In this document: positions 58,157 to 64,000 of the stretch, piece by piece
Layout: every line of letters starts with the position of its first letter
Position numbering within the stretch: the stretch's first letter is position 1
From: Dehalococcoidia bacterium
Lineage (GTDB): Bacteria > Chloroflexota > Dehalococcoidia > Bin125
Direction of reading: 5' to 3'
Assembly: GCA_963663895.2 (NCBI GenBank)
Contig: CAXXRD010000001.1
Coordinates: 480,001-544,000, forward strand
DNA length: 64,000 nucleotides
Translations under genes and position numbers: made by a program
The notes under the pieces: model-generated
Told to the model about the DNA's origin: nothing
The model's input: the letters and a program-made list of their open reading frames with translations, nothing else
Databases searched by the model: none

Positions 58157-60624
58157 TGGCCGCCTCCGCCACCTCCACCGCCGCCGCCGAAGAAGCGGCC
58201 GGGGCCGAAGGCTGGGAGCTGCTGCTGCGGTTGCCGCTGTGTGGCGCTGAAGGCGATGCCCGCGCTATCCGCGCCGATCAGCAGCACAGCGCCGGCCTTG
58301 AGGCCGCTCGTGATCTCGACGTTTGTGCCGTCCGACTCACCGATCTCGACAGTCACGCGCTCGAAGGCGAGGGCGGCCGGGTCGTCGCCCGCGGCGGGCG
58401 CCGGGATGGTGACGAACCACGCGCCGTCGAGCTGGCGCACGGCGGCGACCGGGACGAGCACCGAGGGCTCGCGCAGCTCGGTTAGGATCGTGACGCTGGC
58501 GCTCATGCCGGGTGCGGGGAGCGGCCGGGCGGCGAGTGCGCCCTGCCCGGTTGCGCCTGGCCGGCCGTCGGCGCCTTCTCCGCCGGCCGCCCCGAGCACA
58601 CCCGCGGCGATCCGCTCGAGGAGCTGCGGCGGGATCTCGAAGCCCTCGGGCAGGTTCACGCCCTCCGGGAGCGGCTCGCCGGCCGCCAGCGCCTGCAGTA
58701 CGTCGCGGATGGTCGTGCCCTCGGGAAGTTCGATCTGGGCGAGCAGTCCGCCGCCGGCCCCGGCGCGGCCGCCTGCACCGCCACCTGCATCGGCTCCCGC
58801 AGCGCCGAGGATCGCCGCCAGACCCCCGGTCTGGTCGCTGAGGACGGCAATCTCGCTCGCGACCTGGGCGATCTCCGCTCCGGCGAGAATCCGCGCCTCC
58901 ACGTCGTACGTCACTACCCCCTGAGCGGCGTTCGGCAGGCGGCTGATCGACGCGATGCGCACCGGGTACTCGACGTTCTCGATGGCGTCGAACGATGCGA
59001 GACCGATCTGGCCGACCTCGAGGGCGAGCAGGTCCGCCTCGGTCACGGTAAGCGCGATCAGCATGCGGTCGGTGGTGCTCAGGGAGAACGCGGCGAAGTT
59101 GGCCGCCACGCGATCGCCGGGCTGCACGTTCACGGCCTCGACGATGCCGTCGAAGGGCGCAAGCACCGTCAGCTCCGCGAGGGCGGTGCGCGCCTCCTCG
59201 AGGGAGATCTCGGAGAGCCGCACGCTCTGCTCCTGCTGGGCGATCGCGTTCGCCGTCGCGCCCCCCGCCAGCTCGTCGTAGCGCGCCTGCGCGCTGGCGA
59301 GGCTGGCGAGCGCGGTCTCGAGCGAGGCGCGCGCCTGCTCGATCTCGCCCTCGTCGGCGGGTGCGCGCAGCTCAGCGAGGCGGGCGACGGCCGCAGCGTG
59401 ATTCGCCCGCGCCGCCTCCACCGACCGCTCTGCCTGGAAGCGATCCTCCTCGCTGGGCTCCGCGGTCAACTCGGCCAGGCGGGCGACGGCCGCGGCGTGG
59501 TTCGCCCGGGCCGCTTCCACCGACTGCTGCGCCTGGTAGCGGTCCTGCTCGGAGACCGGCGCGAGCAGGTCGGCGAGCCGCTCCTCGGCGGAGCCAAGCG
59601 TCGTGACGGCCGACTGCCTGGTCGCGTCGGCGCTGATGAACGCGACATTGGCGTTGATCAGAGCGTTCGCCGTGCGCTGATAGTTGTTCGACCTGTCCTC
59701 GAAGGAGTCGCGGAGCACGGCGATCTGCGCGTCGGAGAGCGGCAACGCGGCTGCGCAGGTCGTTTCGGTCACATCGGGAAGGTGGTCGTAGCCCTCGCAG
59801 TACGCCTCGAACGCGTTCCCAAGGGCGTGCCACGCGTCGTCCGCCCCACTGATCGCGCCAGAGAGCTGCGCCTGCGCCTGCGCCACGGCGGACCGCGCGG
59901 ACGCGATCTCCGTCTCGCTCGGGTCGGCGGTCAACGCAGCCAGCGCCTCCTCGGCGCTCGAGAGCTGACCGAGGGCGTTCGCCACCGCCTGCTCCGCGCT
60001 CGCCTGCGCGCTCGCCTCCGGCGGCTCGGACAGCCGCGCCTGCGCCTCTTCCGCGCTCGAGAGTTGCCCGAGGGCGTTCGCGACGGATTGCTCCGCGCTC
60101 GCCTGCGCGCTCGCCTCCGGCGGCTCGGAGAGCCGGGCCAACGCCTGCTCCGCGTTCACGACCTGCGCCTCGGACGATTCGATCGACTGCCTCGCGGACG
60201 CGATGGCGGACGCCTCGGGGTCGGCCTCGAGGGCGTCGAGGCGCAACTGTGCGAGGCGCAGCTGCACCTCCGCGGTCTCGACCCGCCGCTGCGCGTCGGA
60301 GTCGTCGAGCGTCGCCAGCGCGTCTCCGGCGCGCACCGTATCGCCGCTCTCCACGGCGACGGAGGCGACGATCCCGGCGGCGCCGAAGCTGAGGTTGGCG
60401 CTGCGCTCGGCCTCCGCCGAGCCGGACAGGTCGACCGTGGTGCTCAGTTGGCCCTCGACGGCTTCGGCACGCTGCGGCTCGGCGACCACCTCGGTGTCGT
60501 CGGGCTGGAGCAGCACGAACACGGCCACCGCCGCTGCGGCAATCGCCAGCGCGGCCGCCAGCACCAGCCAGCGCCTGCGCGAACGGCGGCCGCGGATCAG
60601 CAGATCGATGTCAACGTCGCTCAT
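58153..60624 (-). CDS. Very long membrane-fusion (MacA/HlyD-like) adaptor protein
   Basis: N-terminal TM helix, lipoyl halves (G.V..V.V..GD.V / APFDG.V), extended coiled coil with 33-aa repeats, GM(S)A.V.I, VP..AV. Confidence 0.88.
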   Translation of the reverse strand: MSDVDIDLLIRGRRSRRRWLVLAAALAIAAAAVAVFVLLQPDDTEVVAEPQRAEAVEGQLSTTVDLSGSAEAERSANLSFGAAGIVASVAVESGDTVRAGDALATLDDSDAQRRVETAEVQLRLAQLRLDALEADPEASAIASARQSIESSEAQVVNAEQALARLSEPPEASAQASAEQSVANALGQLSSAEEAQARLSEPPEASAQASAEQAVANALGQLSSAEEALAALTADPSETEIASARSAVAQAQAQLSGAISGADDAWHALGNAFEAYCEGYDHLPDVTETTCAAALPLSDAQIAVLRDSFEDRSNNYQRTANALINANVAFISADATRQSAVTTLGSAEERLADLLAPVSEQDRYQAQQSVEAARANHAAAVARLAELTAEPSEEDRFQAERSVEAARANHAAAVARLAELRAPADEGEIEQARASLETALASLASAQARYDELAGGATANAIAQQEQSVRLSEISLEEARTALAELTVLAPFDGIVEAVNVQPGDRVAANFAAFSLSTTDRMLIALTVTEADLLALEVGQIGLASFDAIENVEYPVRIASISRLPNAAQGVVTYDVEARILAGAEIAQVASEIAVLSDQTGGLAAILGAAGADAGGGAGGRAGAGGGLLAQIELPEGTTIRDVLQALAAGEPLPEGVNLPEGFEIPPQLLERIAAGVLGAAGGEGADGRPGATGQGALAARPLPAPGMSASVTILTELREPSVLVPVAAVRQLDGAWFVTIPAPAAGDDPAALAFERVTVEIGESDGTNVEITSGLKAGAVLLIGADSAGIAFSATQRQPQQQLPAFGPGRFFGGGGGGGGGGQ

Positions 60625-60688
60625 GGTCGTCTCTCACACCCCGATCGGAGAAGCTGGAACAGGTCGGCGCAACAGTGCACCGCGTCGC

Positions 60689-60735
60689 ATAACGCCCTCG
60701 TAACCTCGCGCGCTCCGTACGTTACGTTCGCGTTA
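60689..60735. promoter_or_regulatory. Two opposed OmpR/PhoB-type direct-repeat boxes in the divergent promoter
   Basis: TAAC at 60690 and 60701 (11-bp period); GTTA at 60721 and 60732 (11-bp period). Confidence 0.55.
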
Positions 60736-60786
60736 GGGTCGAAGGGGTAGCCTGCGTGTGGCCGGTGGGCTGCAGGAGCGACGCCT

Positions 60787-61443
60787 ATGCGCGTGCTGCT
60801 GGTGGAGGACGAGCGCGACCTCGCGAACGCGATCGCGAGGGGTCTGCGCCGCGACGGGCTCGCCGTCGACATCGCCTTCGACGGCGCCACTGCCCTCGAG
60901 AAGGCAACGGTGCACCCCTACGACGTCGTCGTGCTCGACCGCGACCTGCCCCTCGTCCACGGCGACGAGGTCTGCCGCGAGCTGGTCGCTGCCGAGGGCG
61001 ACTCCCGCATCCTCATGCTCACCGCCGCCGCCGCCGTGCACGACCGCATCGAGGGCCTCGACCTCGGAGCGGACGACTACCTCTCCAAGCCGTTCGACAT
61101 CGGCGAGTTGCGCGCGCGGATCCGCGCGCTGGGGCGGCGTTCGCAGCCGGCGGCGCACCCGGTGCTCGAGCGCGGCGGCGTGGTCCTCGATGCCGCGCGG
61201 CGCAGCGCCACGCGCGACGGGCGCGAGCTCGGCCTCACGCGCAAGGAGTTCGTGGTGCTGCAGGTGCTGCTCGAGGCGGAGGGCGCCGTCGTCAGCCCCG
61301 AGGAGCTGCTGGACCGCGCCTGGGACGAGCACACCGACCCATTCACAAACGTGGTGCGCGTGACGATCATGAAGCTGCGCAAGAGCCTCGGAGAGCCGCC
61401 GCTGATCGAGACGCTGCGCGGCGTCGGCTACCGCATCCTCTGA
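60787..61443 (+). CDS. OmpR-family response regulator (CutR/VanR-like)
   Basis: VLLVED, LDRDLP, LTA, GADDYL.KPF, winged helix LT.KEF...LR.VGY. Confidence 0.95.
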   Translation: MRVLLVEDERDLANAIARGLRRDGLAVDIAFDGATALEKATVHPYDVVVLDRDLPLVHGDEVCRELVAAEGDSRILMLTAAAAVHDRIEGLDLGADDYLSKPFDIGELRARIRALGRRSQPAAHPVLERGGVVLDAARRSATRDGRELGLTRKEFVVLQVLLEAEGAVVSPEELLDRAWDEHTDPFTNVVRVTIMKLRKSLGEPPLIETLRGVGYRIL

Positions 61444-62690
61444 TGCGCTTGCCGGGCGCCGTGATTCCCCAGCCGTCGATCCGGCTGCGCCTGACGCTCT
61501 GGTACGGCGGGCTGTTCCTGCTGGCGGGCACGGTGCTGCTCGGGCTCAACTTCGCGCTCGTTGCCCGTAACTTCCCCTCCGACGGGGCCGACCTGCGCGA
61601 GAACGTCGAGCGCCGCTTCGACCTCGATCCGGGCGAACTGCGCGGGGAGGTCTTCTTCGTCGTCGAGCGGCCAGCGACGCCGGGACGGTCGGTTGGTCCG
61701 CGGCGGGGTGTCGCCGCCACGCCGCTCTTCAACAGCGTCATCTCGCACATCAAGACCGACACCCTCCAGCAGATCGTCTGGCAATCGGGTGTCGCGCTCG
61801 GGCTGATGGCCGTGCTCTCGATCGGCCTCGGCTGGTTCGTCGCCGGGCGGATGCTGCGACCCGTTGAGGAGATCGCAGCCACCGCGCGCCGCATCAGCGA
61901 GGCGAGCCTGGAGGAGCGGATCGCCCTCGGCGGGCCGTCCGACGAACTCAAGGATCTCGCCGACCAGTTCGACGCGATGCTCGATCGCCTGCAGACCGCC
62001 TTCGAGGCGCAACGCGAGTTCGTCGCCAACGCCTCGCACGAGCTGCGCACCCCACTCACGATCATCCGCACCGAGATCGACGTCACCCTCGACGACCCGG
62101 ACTCCGGCCGCGAGCAGCTCGAACGGACCGCCGAGGTCGTCCGCCGTGCGATCGACCGCACCGAGGGCCTGATCGACCGCCTGGTGGTCCTCGCCCGCGC
62201 CGAGGAGCCGCTCCAGCGCGGCGAGGAGAGTGAGCTTGCCGACGCCGTCCGGCGCGCCCTCGACGCACGCGAGACGGAGATCGCCGAGCTGGGTCTCCGC
62301 GTCACGCTCGACCCCGGCGAGGCGACCGTCGAGGGCGACCTGATGCTGCTCGACCGGCTGGCCGGCAACCTCGTCGACAACGCCGTCGAGCACAACGAGC
62401 GCGACGGATGGATCGAGATCACGAGCGGACAGGACGAGCAGACGGTGACGCTGAGCGTCGCCAACGGCGGGCCGCTCATTCCCGAGGGCGAGGCGCCGCG
62501 GCTGTTCGAGCGCTTCGCACGGGCGGAGGGCTCGCGCACTCGCCCGCGCGGCGGCTACGGCCTCGGACTCTCGATCGTGCGCGCGATCGTGCGCGCCCAC
62601 CGCGGCGAGGTGACGGCGCGTGCGCTGTCCGAGGGCGGCCTCACCGTCGAGGTTTCGCTGCCCCGCCGGCGCCAGGGTTCGTCCCAGTAG
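61443..62690 (+). CDS. Sensor histidine kinase (2 TM, HAMP)
   Basis: FVANASHELRTPL, NLVDNA, LFERF, G.GLGLSIV; TGATG coupling with the regulator. Confidence 0.93.
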   Translation: MRLPGAVIPQPSIRLRLTLWYGGLFLLAGTVLLGLNFALVARNFPSDGADLRENVERRFDLDPGELRGEVFFVVERPATPGRSVGPRRGVAATPLFNSVISHIKTDTLQQIVWQSGVALGLMAVLSIGLGWFVAGRMLRPVEEIAATARRISEASLEERIALGGPSDELKDLADQFDAMLDRLQTAFEAQREFVANASHELRTPLTIIRTEIDVTLDDPDSGREQLERTAEVVRRAIDRTEGLIDRLVVLARAEEPLQRGEESELADAVRRALDARETEIAELGLRVTLDPGEATVEGDLMLLDRLAGNLVDNAVEHNERDGWIEITSGQDEQTVTLSVANGGPLIPEGEAPRLFERFARAEGSRTRPRGGYGLGLSIVRAIVRAHRGEVTARALSEGGLTVEVSLPRRRQGSSQ

Positions 62691-62703
62691 CGCCGCCGCG
62701 CCC

Positions 62704-63048
62704 TCAGCGCTCCATCAGCACCGCGCCCGCTCCAATACGCGGTCGAGGTCGATGATCACCGCGACGCCCCCAGGCGGTCCGGGTCGCGGTCGCGCTCAAG
62801 CCTGTGCGAGCCCTCGAAGATGGCGTCGCGGGCCTCCGGGTCGTCGACGATGCGTGCGCGGCCGTGGAACTGCCACATCTGGCGTTGAGCCGGGTGCGGT
62901 AGAGGAAGGCGATGCGCGGATTGACGGCGATCCGGCGCAGGATGTCGCCGGCCGGGTTCCGCACCCAGATCGCGAGTTGATCGGCACTGTGGACCTGCGT
63001 GCTGCCGTAGAAGGAGAGGCTCGGCTGGCCCTCGCCGTCGCCACCGAT
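62704..63048 (-). pseudogene. Frameshifted, 5'-truncated PPOX/pyridoxamine-oxidase-like gene
   Basis: GQPSLSFYGSTQV...AIWVRNP..., then another frame WQFHGRARIVDD...E..RDP, then VIIDLDRV; at least two frameshifts. Confidence 0.65.
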
Positions 63049-63240
63049 ATGCCACGAATGCTGCAACGGATCCGACGATGGATCGCCGAAGCCGACGGAG
63101 ACGATCTCGATCTACTGTTAACGGCCGTGGATGCGAAGGTCATAGCCTCGCGTGAACGGGCCGAGATTCGGGGCTCGGTACCAGCCTATGAGCAAGCTTC
63201 GCAGGCCGATTTAGTCACCATTGAACAAACATCGGCATGA
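63049..63240 (+). pseudogene. C-terminal relic of a large serine recombinase ending LVTIEQTSA, antisense-overlapping dnaN
   Basis: LQRIRRWI...DLLLTAVDAKVIA...IRGSVP...LVTIEQTSA* crosses the att copy. Family assignment is from recall of Chloroflexota recombinase termini and needs HMM confirmation. Confidence 0.6.
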
Positions 63241-64000
63241 TGACGTGGACGTAGTTCTCGCGCTCGTCGGGGCGGAACACGCCCGGATTCGAGGGGCCCG
63301 TCGTCTCCAACCGGACCTTCCCCTTCTCCAAGACCTGTAGCACGTCCTGGAGATAGCGGTTGTTGAAGGCGATGCGGCCCTCCTCGCCCTCGATGGCGGC
63401 ATCCATCTGTCCCTCGTGCTCGCCTTGCTCGTCCGCCCGCGCGGAGACGGAGACGCGCCCGCCGCCGTCCTCCGGGCGCAGCAGCACGCGCACGATGCCG
63501 CTGCCGTCACGCGCGAACACGGCGGCGGTCTTCACCTCGCGCAGGAACTCGCCGCCGTCCATGATCGCCCGCGTTTGGTACTCCGAGGGGATGAGTTGCT
63601 GGTAGCTGGGGAAGGTCCCCTGAATGAGCTGCGCCGTGAGCTCGATGTCGCTGAACTTGAGCAAGACCTGGCTGCGGGCGCTGTTGAGCTGCAGCAGCAC
63701 GGGCTCGTCCTGCTCCGGCAAGAGGCGCCCCAAATCTTGCAGGGCCCGCGCCGGCACGATGATCTCGATCGGCTCCGGCAATAGCTCCGCGATGTCGAGG
63801 TGGTAGACGGCCAGGCGAAAGCCGTCCGCGCCCGCCAGGGTGAGGCGGCCTTCCTCGATCTTGAGCTGCACGCCCGTCAGGACCGGCCGACTGTCGTCCG
63901 TGGCGGCGGCGAAGCCCACGTGCTCCACCGCCTCTCGCAGGGCCTGCGGCTCCAAGCGGATCACGTCCCCTTCGGTGATGGACGGGATCGGGGGAAAGTC
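63215..64000 (-). CDS. dnaN: DNA polymerase III beta clamp (5' part outside the window)
   Basis: DFP, FAAA.DDSRPVLTG, ADGFRLA, LI.G.FP.Y, IAFN.RYL.D.L, VIMPM. Confidence 0.96.
   Translation of the reverse strand, partial: DFPPIPSITEGDVIRLEPQALREAVEHVGFAAATDDSRPVLTGVQLKIEEGRLTLAGADGFRLAVYHLDIAELLPEPIEIIVPARALQDLGRLLPEQDEPVLLQLNSARSQVLLKFSDIELTAQLIQGTFPSYQQLIPSEYQTRAIMDGGEFLREVKTAAVFARDGSGIVRVLLRPEDGGGRVSVSARADEQGEHEGQMDAAIEGEEGRIAFNNRYLQDVLQVLEKGKVRLETTGPSNPGVFRPDERENYVHVIMPMFVQW

Larger units (their letters stand above)
55285..63235. mobile_element. Decayed genomic island integrated in the dnaN 3' end
   Basis: Flanking duplication of the dnaN terminus, recombinase-like relic at the dnaN-proximal end, truncated genes inside. 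Confidence 0.8.

Overview
High-GC bacterial chromosome segment. By inference it is Chloroflexota, Dehalococcoidia/SAR202-like, based on the DnaN C-terminus VIMPMFVQW and the expanded luciferase-like, F420-type and CoA-metabolism genes. The backbone encodes CoA, flavin and hydrolase enzymes: a HACL/Oxc-type ThDP lyase, an isobutyryl-CoA-mutase-like B12 enzyme, two family III CoA transferases (one is mct, paired with meh), tandem LLM and tandem amidohydrolase paralogues, and a P450. It also carries DNA-repair genes (AddA-like, SRAP, Lhr, family-6 UDG, Ogt), a Zn/Mn ABC importer and rex. Three things are not visible in the ORF track. (1) A DsbA-like lipoprotein appears as two ORFs but reads as one selenoprotein (U-G-A-C plus a SECIS-like hairpin). 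(2) An ~8 kb decayed island is integrated in the 3' end of dnaN: the PMFVQW* end is duplicated at 55285-55306 and 63214-63235, with an antisense recombinase-like relic; cargo is a brxL remnant, a MacAB-like exporter and a two-component system. (3) A family of four co-oriented att-like sites (centres ~21222, 21383, 24971, 55550) delimits an empty 162-bp module and a 3.6-kb module with an N6-adenine MTase plus an uncharacterised His-rich partner, and recurs between the type III RM system and the brxL remnant. This is a candidate recombination-site cassette system for defence genes. No rRNA, intact tRNA or CRISPR array was found. All calls are by eye; no database searches were run.
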